Below, piece by piece: positions 28,310-37,191 of a stretch of DNA of 52,217 nucleotides. Within the stretch, counting starts at the first letter, position 1, and each line of letters starts with the position of its first letter. Source of the stretch: a virus (Duplodnaviria; Caudoviricetes). A model generated the notes under the pieces. The model had not been told where the DNA came from. It saw only the letters and a program-made list of their open reading frames with translations, and ran no database searches. The stretch spans positions 1 to 52,217 of the IMG/VR virus record IMGVR_UViG_3300045284_000036. One strand, 5' to 3'. A program made the translations under genes and the position numbers.

Positions 28310-28859
28310 AAAGTAACGTATTGTTACAATGGACCGCCTCTAGGATTGAATTAGGGGCTTGTGGGATAGCCCTACATGACCGGGCTAGTTTGGTACCCTA
28401 TTCGCGTTTTAACGCATGGGTGACGTTTTCGCGTTTTGTTCTCCGAGCAATTGCTAGCTAGTGTATACACTAGGTTGTAATTGACTGGGCAAAAGGCCAT
28501 CCCACAAGAAACCCAACAACAGCCCTACAAATGCTGATTGTGGGATTGACCGGTCTTGGAAAGATTAGCGAATTCGCGATAGTCCCACAAAATAAACCCG
28601 GCTGCTTTAGAGGTATGTGAAAATTAGTGGGCTTGTAGTAAAGCGATAACGGTAAATATCAGGATACCTATGGACCGGGTTAGGGGCTGCCACAATGCTG
28701 CCATGTTTCCCGGACGCGTCCCACGAAAAAAGGCCAAAACCACAAGCAATCCTACACTCTGTAAACAGCGCATGTTTACGAAAACACTAGCGAATTCGCT
28801 CTAATACCTACAACCCTACAAAATCCCTTTAAAACAGCCCTTTTCGTGTGGGATGTATT
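28310..28859. other. Non-coding region with repeated TGTGGGAT/CCCACA/CCTACA motifs and palindromes
   Basis: No ORF of 60 aa or more; CTAGTGTATACACTAG at 28458-28473; TAGCGAATTCGC at 28566 and 28788. Confidence 0.6.
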
Positions 28860-29276
28860 TTAGCGCGTTTTATGCAATCGGTCGATTATGTGCAGATCTG
28901 GCGCGGATTGCGCGAGCGCGTAAAATGCGATTGGAGCGCGGTCCATTGCGATGTGGAGCAAGTGATAGGTTGGACCGTAAAAGAGGCTTTCAACGACGCC
29001 AATGGCGCGGCCCGCCTCAATGCGCGCGGTTACTAGGTCAATAGCGCTTGTTGCGTGTTTGATCTGCCATTGCGCGCCTTCGTAGGAAAGCACGGCAGCA
29101 AATAGCAGATTAAGGGCATCTAGGACTAAGTCAGCTTGATCTGCTGGTAAGCGCAGCATTTCGCGCTTTACCGGCATCAGATCTAGTCCGGGTTGCTTGA
29201 GCGCGCGAGCACCAGCGTCAAGAATGTCTGATAGCTCGTTGCGCGCCTCTCGATACAGCGTCAAATCATTAGCCAT
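28860..29276 (-). CDS. Helical hypothetical protein (start MANDL)
   Basis: 138-aa Leu/Ala-rich ORF divergent from 29344. Confidence 0.55.
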   Translation of the reverse strand: MANDLTLYREARNELSDILDAGARALKQPGLDLMPVKREMLRLPADQADLVLDALNLLFAAVLSYEGAQWQIKHATSAIDLVTARIEAGRAIGVVESLFYGPTYHLLHIAMDRAPIAFYALAQSAPDLHIIDRLHKTR

Positions 29277-29343
29277 TGCGTTGACCCTACGGGTTAGTGT
29301 ATACGATCTGATTGTGGGATAGTCCCACATTGGAGGATTGAAC

Positions 29344-29631
29344 ATGCGTTTAGAGGTTATCGACTATGCCGCTATGGTTGACGAATTAGCGGAACTAAAA
29401 GCAGCCATTGCGCCATTGCAAGCGCGCGAGGATGCAATCAAAACCGCGCTCAAGGCAACGGGACGGGACCGGATTGACGGAACCGAACATACCGCTGTCG
29501 TGACGCTGTCGGAACGGGAAACAATCGACAGCAAAGCGCTTAGGGCTGATTTGGGCGAGGCTATCATTGCGCCTTACCTCAAGCGGTCCATTGTCGAGAC
29601 CTTGAAACTAACAGCCCGCAAGACGCATTAG
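29344..29631 (+). CDS. Hypothetical protein with N-terminal coiled coil
   Basis: GGAGG SD; VDELAELKAAIAPL...IKTALK. Confidence 0.75.
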   Translation: MRLEVIDYAAMVDELAELKAAIAPLQAREDAIKTALKATGRDRIDGTEHTAVVTLSERETIDSKALRADLGEAIIAPYLKRSIVETLKLTARKTH

Positions 29632-29642
29632 GACGGTCGCTG

Positions 29643-29810
29643 ATGCATCATGCAATCTGGCTGGCCGGATTGCTAGGCTTGATCGCATTCGCCTTTGGTG
29701 AGGCTTGTGCAGTCATCCTAGCCCGGTTCCTGATCTATGCAGCCTTGACAGCTGCGCTGCTATTGGCCCTTGACGTGCTAACCCATGGGCGGCTGTCGGA
29801 TCTGATCTGA
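29643..29810 (+). CDS. 55-aa membrane protein MHHAIWLAGLLG... (not in ORF track)
   Basis: Read by eye; two hydrophobic stretches; followed by a strong hairpin. Confidence 0.55.
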   Translation: MHHAIWLAGLLGLIAFAFGEACAVILARFLIYAALTAALLLALDVLTHGRLSDLI

Positions 29811-29819
29811 CCTATTAAT

Positions 29820-29854
29820 AGGCCCGGAACGGTATAGCCCCGTTCCGGGCCTTT
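29820..29854 (+). terminator. 13-bp hairpin, terminator-like
   Basis: AGGCCCGGAACGG/CCGTTCCGGGCCT followed by only TT; base of stem (GCCCGG/CCGGGC) equals that of the repeated element. Confidence 0.55.
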
Positions 29855-29866
29855 CGGCTGCGCAGC

Positions 29867-29997
29867 TGGCATCTGGTATACTGTATACCATATGCCACAT
29901 GCCAGCGACCTTGGTATCTGGTATACAGTATACCAGAGGGGCTGGCATAATGTATACCAGATGCCAGCAATGCTGGTATACTGTATACCAGATGCCA
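29867..29997. repeat. Second array of TGGTATACWGTATACCA palindromes
   Basis: Copies at 29874, 29919, 29974 and a degenerate copy at 29943; flanked by TGGYATC/GATGCCA. Confidence 0.93.
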
Positions 29998-30193
29998 AAA
30001 GGTACCGCAATGCACAAAAGGGTGGTACATCGTCTTTCGGGTACCGGTAACAAGCTTCGGCTGGGGCAGGGGGTCTCTCGAAATTTACCCCACCCCCAAA
30101 ACTTTTAGTATACAAGTTTACATAAAGCATGCTACTGAAGGGGATGAAAAAACGCATAATGATGCTAGAACAACAGCTTGAATACATAAAGGA

Positions 30194-30391
30194 GTGTTCC
30201 CAATGGATGAAGATGAACCTGACTTCCAAGACCCCGGAGGGCGCTCCGCTCTGCGCCGATCAACCCCCAAAAACCCCCGTAACTTACCATGCCCGAATTG
30301 CGGGGCCAAAAACCGACTAACCCCCAAAGACCGGTCCCTTGGCTATCAGTGCGACGAGTGTGCCGATAAGTTGGAGCGTGGTTGTGACTGA
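30194..30391 (+). CDS. Small zinc-finger protein
   Basis: CPNCG...YQCDECAD; AAGGAG upstream. Confidence 0.7.
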   Translation: MFPMDEDEPDFQDPGGRSALRRSTPKNPRNLPCPNCGAKNRLTPKDRSLGYQCDECADKLERGCD

Positions 30392-30662
30392 TCCCAAACC
30401 CGTCCCCTTCCCCAGAGCGGTCCCCAAGCGACGGTTGAGGCGGTCCCCGTCCAAGACCAAGCGTAAACTCAAACCGGCCACCTATCACGATATGGCCCGC
30501 CGCCGAGGGCTGGCTGTCAAAAAAGCGGTATGCGGTGGCTGGTATGTGACCATTATGACGGCTAACGAAACTTTCGTGCCGGTGCTATATTGTACGCATA
30601 CGTGGAGCAGGATTGGCGCGTTCATCAAAAAACAGCCGATTTTGATATCGACCGAAGAGTAG
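30384..30662 (+). CDS. Basic hypothetical protein
   Basis: GGAG before GTG; Arg/Lys-rich. Confidence 0.5.
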   Translation: MTDPKPVPFPRAVPKRRLRRSPSKTKRKLKPATYHDMARRRGLAVKKAVCGGWYVTIMTANETFVPVLYCTHTWSRIGAFIKKQPILISTEE

Positions 30663-30666
30663 GGCT

Positions 30667-30858
30667 ATGCGACCGAACACGCCGGTTATTGCCGAATGGT
30701 ATACGTGCTTCGTGCCGTGCAGGCGGGTAGCGGTCGTTGTGCGCTACTCGCTGGCGCAGCAATGGCTTGAACAGGGAGCCAAATTCAGTATCAAGATCAT
30801 TGATCCGGTCCTCGTAAACCATGCCAACGTGATAGCTATTTCAAAGGTCAATCAATGA
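30667..30858 (+). CDS. Hypothetical protein
   Basis: 63 aa, tightly packed. Confidence 0.5.
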   Translation: MRPNTPVIAEWYTCFVPCRRVAVVVRYSLAQQWLEQGAKFSIKIIDPVLVNHANVIAISKVNQ

Positions 30859-31028
30859 GCATTGCATCGCTGCCAAAGCCTATCAAACCACGGCTGCGCG
30901 ATGACGAGGCGATAGCCGAGATGTGCAAATGGCTGAAGGCGCGCGGGCTGATTGCACTGGGTACACGGCGCGGTCAGCTGGTCATCATGGACAAGCCGCC
31001 CATGGACGAAGAAGGGCTGAAATGCTAG
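30855..31028 (+). CDS. 57-aa hypothetical protein MSIASLPKPIKP... (not in ORF track)
   Basis: ATGA overlap with the previous gene; TAG at 31026-31028. Confidence 0.5.
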   Translation: MSIASLPKPIKPRLRDDEAIAEMCKWLKARGLIALGTRRGQLVIMDKPPMDEEGLKC

Positions 31029-31067
31029 GTCTTGGGTTCCATCCCCCTTTGAGGGCGGTTTTCAACC

Positions 31068-34000
31068 ATGGATCTAGACGTAGCCGGTCCCGACATATCG
31101 GGCGAAAACCAGTTCAACCTCAACCCCGGCAGCGGCATCGATCCGGGCCGGTTGGTGCGGGCTATCCCCACGGCAGCAACGGCTGTCTACCCCGAAACGT
31201 CATCTGAACTGGTCGCGCCGGTCTCGGTAACAGCTGCACCGCGCGGTTCAGAAACCCGGCCCATCGCCGCTGCGCCGGGAAGGCCGGTCGATCTGGCACC
31301 GGTCAATCCGGTACGGCTGGCGCAGGCGCAGCCCGTTGCCCCCGTGGTGACGCGCGGCTCGATTGCGCCAACGGTCTCCACCGACGCGGTCGATGCCGCT
31401 GGCGCAGGCGACAAGCCACGCCCGGCCCAATATCCCGGCGAAGGCAAAGGTGTTGGCGGTACCCTGCGCAGAATGGACCCCGGCTACCAAGGCCCCGATG
31501 TCAACCCGCTGGAACAGGAACGCCAGCAGCTGATTGCCCGGCGCGATATCGCTGCGCGCAAGGCGCAGGGACCGCTGATGCAGATACTGGATACCGAATG
31601 GTCGAAGAACCAAGCCAAGGAAGCCGAACTGGCTAACCAGCGTATCGGCCAGATCGACCAGCAGCTGCAAGCCCAGAAGACCAACGCCCAGTACGCCAAG
31701 AACATGGGCATCGAAAAGAACATGGGCGCGACGGCTGACACGGCAGCGATCAACGAACAGGCGCTTGAAGAATGGCGCAAGAACGGCAACCTCAACGCCT
31801 ACAAGGGGCTGCATGGCGCGGGGCTGGGCGGTCGCGCCGATCTGTACATGGACGAAGGCATTGCAGCGCTGGGCAAGAAAACCGATAACGCTAACACTTT
31901 GATCGAACGGCTTTCCAACGCACCAACCCAGCCCGCGTACAATCAGATCCGCAACGACATTCTGAAAGGGGCCAAAACCCCCGGTCACGATTATTCGCAA
32001 TTCGGCATCAGCGATGAAAATCTGCCAAAGACCAAAACCGAATTTGACGCGCGGCGGCCCGACATTACCGCCAAGCTGAATAACGCGTCCACCATGGTCA
32101 GCCAGTTTCAGCAGAAGCAGCGCGAACTGTCGCAAGTGAAGCCGATCACCGACGAGAAAGTTGGCGGTCAGGTCACCGGCAGGCACAAGTTTGCTACCGG
32201 CGAAGTAATGCCCAACACAAGCCCGGTGACGCTGCCAAATGGCGCACAGGGTGCGCAGGCGCAGCAAAATTCCAAAGACTTGCATAATTACGGTACCGGG
32301 GGTCCAAACAGCTGGAATAACGCCACGCCCGGTCAGGCCGAAACCTTCGTCAAGCAACTCGCCACCGAAGAAGTCAAAGGCGCGCTAGGTCAGTACAAGA
32401 TGGCGAAAGCGTTTTCCAACGCCGCCAACAACAACGAACTTTATAAATATCCAGCCGGTCATGCCTTTCTGGCTGACGCGCTTGGCGCGATTGGCCGTGA
32501 CGTGGCTGAAGGTTCAAAGGCCGCAGGCTCGATTGGTCTGGTTAAAATTCTTGAGAGCAAGTATGGCGGCGTTGAAAACTTTTTGAATGGTGCCACCAAC
32601 AACTGGGCCGCCTACAAGGCGTGGGTTCAGGGCGGCAGAAAAGGCGAAGAAGTCAAACTTATGCCGCGCCTGACCCAGCAATCAATTGAAGGCTACAAGG
32701 CGGTTGCCAATTTCAAGATGGAAGAGACCAAGAAAGAACTGGACCGTCTTGGTTCGCCCATCGAAACGGCGGGGCGCTACGGCATTGCGCTTGACAAGCT
32801 TGGACTGGACAAGGAAACGCAGGAACTGGTCAAGCCAATACATAGCAAGGCGGTAGAAGAAGCCCGTCTTGCTTATGACAAATATCCCTACATGGTCGTC
32901 GGTTCGACGCGCGTGATGCTGCCGGAAGATGCCAACGTGCCCGGCATGAAACCAGCGGGCGGCTACGCCAAAGAGCGCGGCACGGCAGCGATTGAAACGC
33001 TTGAGAAAGCGCCACCGGGAAGCCCGCCGCCGCCTGCCACACCCGGTGGTCCTCCGGGCGGCCCGCCTTCGACGGTGGTGCCATCAGCCATCAACAGAAC
33101 GCCAGCGGCGCAAGTGGTGTACGGCGCGGCGGGCGAGACCGCGCATAATCTGTCAGGCGGCAACGTCAACGTTGCCAAGAACGCGGCGACGATTGTCACG
33201 TCTTCGGCACAGAGCGAAAGCGATTTCAAACACGATGCCACGCATGACGTTGATCCAAAAACCGGGCAGCCCATCGGTCAGGGATTGTTTGGTCACAACG
33301 CAGACCGTCTGAAGGCATTGCAAACGTTTGCTGGTGTGCCTGCAACTGGCAAACCCGGTGCGCCCATTCCGCCCGACGTACAATCCAAATTCTTTGCCCG
33401 CGAACTGATGACAGCGGCATCGACCGACAGGTTCATTGCGGCAACGCTGAACAATCCGAATGCCACGGCGGAAGACTTGACCAAAGTCCAGATCCGGCTG
33501 GAAAAACCCGCTGGCTACAAGGGACCGGGCACGGAAGAAAAAGTGCCAAGCTGGAATAAGCGGCTGGCTTCGACGCGCTTGCTGGCAGAGGGACCGGAAA
33601 CGCAAGCGCCGCCACCCCCGGCTGGGCATACCCAAGCGCAGACCCCGGCTTCGCTCAAACTGCCCTACCCCAACCCCAAGACACGCGAAGAAGCACAGGC
33701 CAATTACGCTGCCGGGCAGCGCCAGAGTGCGGAAGAGGCTGCCGCCTACATAGCCCGCAGGAACGCGCTGGCAGCGCAGGCGACAACGTCGGCTGCCAAC
33801 ATAGCCCCGGCAGCTTTAGGCACCGCTGGAGCCGTCGTAGGCAGCGTGGGAGGCCCTGTAGGCACACTGGCAGGCGGCACCGCTGGCGGCGCAGCGGGTG
33901 GCGCGATCAAGAATTACTTTACGGGCGGGGAAGCCAATCAAAATCTGCCCGGTTATGCCAAGGCGACCGGGATAGGTGCGGCACAGGGCGCGGTCGCAGG

Positions 34001-35336
34001 CATTCCCGGCGCGGGGGTGGCGGGAACGGCTGCGCGCGTCATTGGCAGCGGCGTTGTGGGTGGCACCGAAGCCGCTCTGGAAGGCGCAGAGGCAGGCGAT
34101 ATCGTCAACAAGGCTGGCGGCAGCATGTTGGGGGCGGCCGTAGGCGAAGCTTTTGGTCAAGCACTGGGTATGACAGGCCATAAAATTTATAATTATTTTT
34201 CTGGTACCGCGAAAGCCGAAGTGCAGGCGGCAGCGAAGGTTTTGGCCGAACAACAGCCTAAAAACGTCCTTGCAGACGGTAAAACCGTTGAAAATATTGC
34301 ATATACCAAGGCTGAAAAACTCGTCAAAGACAGAGGTCTGGACCCCGATCACGCCGCTTATGCCTACAATCAGGTAGCAGCAAAGGCTTCAAAGGGCGAA
34401 GCGCTCACGCAACGCCCCGGCGAAGTTGAAAAAGTGCGTGCCGCTGCGGAATTGGAAAAGGTCAAGAATACAGTTGGTGACGCTGGGGCTGCTGCGAAAG
34501 TTACTCCGCGTTCGCCGCCAGCTGGTGCGCCATTCAAGGCGATACCGGGCGGTCCAGTGGACAGTATTCTGACTGGAACAAGTGGTACGGGCAAACTAGC
34601 TGCAACGTACATGCCTGAAGCTGTGCATGCTGAAAATTTATTGCAGAAGTCCGCTGCTAATATGCGCGAAAGATGGGAAAACGCGGCTACTGCGCGCACA
34701 ACTTTGTTGGAACATGAACGCAAAGCAATACGGGATGGTGATGAAGCTAAAGAAAAAGCCATGCGCACTATTGCTGATACGGTTCGCGATCAACAAGAAA
34801 AAATGGCGCGAGCAGTATTACCGCAAAAAGAAGCTGACGCACTGATACAACATTTGAAAACGGCAGATACGCGTTACCGTAAAGCTATGCTGGCTGGTGG
34901 CGATAACATTGTTAAAACCATCGCTGCTGGTGGCAGCAAAGGCAATACGGCGAAAGAGGCATTCGAAGCGCTGGCGGGCAACGATCACGCCGCCAAACAC
35001 ATCATGAATTCGCTGGTGCGGGCAGAGAACCGGAAAAAAGAAGGCACGGACGTATTGAAAATAGCCGGTGCGTCACTGGCTGCGGCGCATTTTGTACCGC
35101 TTATTGGTACTGCTGCTGGCATGGTTGGTGGCGCGGTGACTGCTGCTAAAGCTGGACAAATGTTGAAAGACTGGATGGTGCAAAGAGGCGCTGGGAAAAC
35201 GGTGTCTTTTAAACAGCTGATGGCTAAAGAGATGACCGACAAGAGCAAGCTTCATTTCAGAGCCAGCGGTGCTGCGCTTGGAGGTGCTGTTGGGGGAGAG
35301 GCGGCGGAAAGTGCGATGGCTTCTCCTGCCCCTTAG
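31068..35336 (+). CDS. Large internal virion / ejection protein with phage-tail-lysozyme-like domain
   Basis: 1422 aa, Ala/Gly-rich; QSES.F...GQGLFGHN..RL..L...Q..F..REL...EKP segment; glycine-zipper region. Confidence 0.75.
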   Translation: MDLDVAGPDISGENQFNLNPGSGIDPGRLVRAIPTAATAVYPETSSELVAPVSVTAAPRGSETRPIAAAPGRPVDLAPVNPVRLAQAQPVAPVVTRGSIAPTVSTDAVDAAGAGDKPRPAQYPGEGKGVGGTLRRMDPGYQGPDVNPLEQERQQLIARRDIAARKAQGPLMQILDTEWSKNQAKEAELANQRIGQIDQQLQAQKTNAQYAKNMGIEKNMGATADTAAINEQALEEWRKNGNLNAYKGLHGAGLGGRADLYMDEGIAALGKKTDNANTLIERLSNAPTQPAYNQIRNDILKGAKTPGHDYSQFGISDENLPKTKTEFDARRPDITAKLNNASTMVSQFQQKQRELSQVKPITDEKVGGQVTGRHKFATGEVMPNTSPVTLPNGAQGAQAQQNSKDLHNYGTGGPNSWNNATPGQAETFVKQLATEEVKGALGQYKMAKAFSNAANNNELYKYPAGHAFLADALGAIGRDVAEGSKAAGSIGLVKILESKYGGVENFLNGATNNWAAYKAWVQGGRKGEEVKLMPRLTQQSIEGYKAVANFKMEETKKELDRLGSPIETAGRYGIALDKLGLDKETQELVKPIHSKAVEEARLAYDKYPYMVVGSTRVMLPEDANVPGMKPAGGYAKERGTAAIETLEKAPPGSPPPPATPGGPPGGPPSTVVPSAINRTPAAQVVYGAAGETAHNLSGGNVNVAKNAATIVTSSAQSESDFKHDATHDVDPKTGQPIGQGLFGHNADRLKALQTFAGVPATGKPGAPIPPDVQSKFFARELMTAASTDRFIAATLNNPNATAEDLTKVQIRLEKPAGYKGPGTEEKVPSWNKRLASTRLLAEGPETQAPPPPAGHTQAQTPASLKLPYPNPKTREEAQANYAAGQRQSAEEAAAYIARRNALAAQATTSAANIAPAALGTAGAVVGSVGGPVGTLAGGTAGGAAGGAIKNYFTGGEANQNLPGYAKATGIGAAQGAVAGIPGAGVAGTAARVIGSGVVGGTEAALEGAEAGDIVNKAGGSMLGAAVGEAFGQALGMTGHKIYNYFSGTAKAEVQAAAKVLAEQQPKNVLADGKTVENIAYTKAEKLVKDRGLDPDHAAYAYNQVAAKASKGEALTQRPGEVEKVRAAAELEKVKNTVGDAGAAAKVTPRSPPAGAPFKAIPGGPVDSILTGTSGTGKLAATYMPEAVHAENLLQKSAANMRERWENAATARTTLLEHERKAIRDGDEAKEKAMRTIADTVRDQQEKMARAVLPQKEADALIQHLKTADTRYRKAMLAGGDNIVKTIAAGGSKGNTAKEAFEALAGNDHAAKHIMNSLVRAENRKKEGTDVLKIAGASLAAAHFVPLIGTAAGMVGGAVTAAKAGQMLKDWMVQRGAGKTVSFKQLMAKEMTDKSKLHFRASGAALGGAVGGEAAESAMASPAP

Positions 35337-35445
35337 CCATGTAGATGAAGGTTGCCAGTACCAAGGGGATGACGATGAACGGAGCGACTTCCTCATACAA
35401 AGCCATAACCAAGAGCGAAGCGACAACGGCGGCGATGTAAATCAT
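35257..35445 (-). CDS. Possible small antisense membrane protein
   Basis: Two short hydrophobic segments; fills the gap after the ejection gene. Confidence 0.35.
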   Translation of the reverse strand: MIYIAAVVASLLVMALYEEVAPFIVIPLVLATFIYMAKGQEKPSHFPPPLPQQHLQAQHRWL

Positions 35446-35734
35446 GTCAGATGCTCCAAATGCTTTCCTGTTGGCAGTCTCTGCCGGTCACACCGATAAG
35501 GCAGCGGCTGGCGTAGCTGGGTGGACGGTCGAAGAGGCAACGGTTTTTACCGAAGCCAACAAACGCGATTACGATATCGCTGACAATAAGCGACAACATA
35601 CTTACGAGCAATACCTAATTGCGAGTGGTCGCGGGGCCGACATTGCCCGCGTTGCGTTGCGGCAAGAGACCAGATCGTGGGTTCAGAAGGCGGAACCGAT
35701 ACCTGTCAAGATACTTGAGGACTACGTTGATTAA
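35444..35734 (+). CDS. Hypothetical protein, candidate terminase small subunit
   Basis: FLLAVSAGHTDKAAAGVAGW resembles the N-terminal HTH of TerS. Confidence 0.4.
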   Translation: MSDAPNAFLLAVSAGHTDKAAAGVAGWTVEEATVFTEANKRDYDIADNKRQHTYEQYLIASGRGADIARVALRQETRSWVQKAEPIPVKILEDYVD

Positions 35735-35747
35735 TGGAGGATGGACT

Positions 35748-36143
35748 ATGGACGAAAAAAAGAACGAAAAGCACATACCTGTTGAAACCAAGCATGCTGA
35801 TCCCAAGCCTGCTGACCCCAAACTTGATCCAAATCTTACGTTGGGCGAGAAACTGAAAATCAAGGTCGATGAAGCTCTTGAAAGCGAAAAAGATCTTGAC
35901 CCAATTGCTGCGGAACGGGCGGTCCAGATTTTCAACGATGCAATAGCTGGGATGCCGCCGCCAGCGCCAACAGCAGATGCCTCTGCACCTGAAGTTACGA
36001 TGGCGCAGCAGACCAAGGCGAAACTGGATGCCGCTGTTGCTGCTTCTACTATTCCAGAAGGACTGGCTAAGAAACTTGAAGGGCTTCTTTCGGATATCGA
36101 AGCCGCATATAAGCCTAAAGAGCCTGTTCCCGCCAAGGGCTAA
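35748..36143 (+). CDS. Hypothetical protein (start MDEKKNEK)
   Basis: GGAGG SD; charged and Pro-rich. Confidence 0.7.
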   Translation: MDEKKNEKHIPVETKHADPKPADPKLDPNLTLGEKLKIKVDEALESEKDLDPIAAERAVQIFNDAIAGMPPPAPTADASAPEVTMAQQTKAKLDAAVAASTIPEGLAKKLEGLLSDIEAAYKPKEPVPAKG

Positions 36144-36149
36144 CACCGG

Positions 36150-36743
36150 ATGAATGAAGCGATTTACTTTAAGGATGACGTGCTGCCTAATGAGAAGAGG
36201 CGAGAAGTAAACAATCTTCTGCATAAGGGTGGCGCGTCAGCCCCTTGGGTACATGGCTGGAAGTCGCGTGAAAAAGTTGACACTTTTTCATTTTGGCACC
36301 GGCATTTTGCCGGGTACCGCAGCGCGACCAAAGGCATCGCTTATGATTGCGAAGCGGAGTTGGCCGAATTTCCAGTCATCCATGAATTTTGGCAGACGCT
36401 TGCAGGGGGCCTGTTGCATGGTCACCGGCTGGTTCGTTGTTATGCCAATGGCCTTGCTTATGGCAGCGACGGCACGCTTCATACGGACACCAGAGTACCA
36501 AACAGCTACACTACCATTTACTATCCACATGAAAGCTGGAACCCGGATTGGGGCGGCGAGACAGTATTTTTCAATCGCGAGAAAGACGATATTCTGACTT
36601 CGATCTATCCGCGTCCAAACCGGTTACTGATGTTTGATGGAACGTTGCCGCATGTAGCGCGTGGTGTTTCCAGAAGCTGCCCGTTGTTGCGTGTAACTTT
36701 GATGTTCAAGACGGACAAGCACGATGCTGGACCCCAAAATTGA
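36150..36743 (+). CDS. 2OG-Fe(II) oxygenase (prolyl-hydroxylase-like)
   Basis: HxD (HTD), W..DWGGET.F, P.PNRLLMFD..LPH, R.TLMFK. Confidence 0.88.
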   Translation: MNEAIYFKDDVLPNEKRREVNNLLHKGGASAPWVHGWKSREKVDTFSFWHRHFAGYRSATKGIAYDCEAELAEFPVIHEFWQTLAGGLLHGHRLVRCYANGLAYGSDGTLHTDTRVPNSYTTIYYPHESWNPDWGGETVFFNREKDDILTSIYPRPNRLLMFDGTLPHVARGVSRSCPLLRVTLMFKTDKHDAGPQN

Positions 36744-37191
36744 AGAATTTGTTCGTTCCAGAACTGCGAATGTTAAACATTCCGGGCGTACTTTCTTTGA
36801 ACATCTGATTGGCGTTTACAACCTTTTGGAAGAGGAAGGTGAACCGGATTACGTGTGTCTGGCAGGATTGTGCCATTCCATCTACGGAACTAATGCTTTC
36901 AAGCAACAGGTAGCGTTGCTCACTGAACGTAATGAAATAGTTCGTATTATTGGCGGGAATGCAGAGTGGCTGGCATTTCTGTTTTGTTCTTGTAGTCGTC
37001 CGAGTGCATTGATTGAAGCTGTTATTGCCGGGCCACCTTACTACGTCATTAGCCGTCACACGGAAGAAAAAATTTACCTGTCAGTAGATACTTTGCGAGA
37101 CTTGTTGAAGATTGAAGCTGCCAACCTAAAAGAACAGAAAAGCGTCAAGATGCTTCCGGCAGTAGAGGAAGCACTAGGCTTCCTCCATTAG
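36724..37191 (+). CDS. HD-like protein (DUF6817-like)
   Basis: HSGRTFFEHL...CLAGLCHSIYGT...IG..AE.L. Confidence 0.75.
   Translation: MLDPKIEEFVRSRTANVKHSGRTFFEHLIGVYNLLEEEGEPDYVCLAGLCHSIYGTNAFKQQVALLTERNEIVRIIGGNAEWLAFLFCSCSRPSALIEAVIAGPPYYVISRHTEEKIYLSVDTLRDLLKIEAANLKEQKSVKMLPAVEEALGFLH

Noticed and set aside
31248-32357. 369-aa minus-strand ORF and similar long antisense ORFs (e.g. 21698-22300, 50577-51020)
   Set aside because: Antisense shadows of GC-rich or repetitive real genes, with no recognisable motifs.
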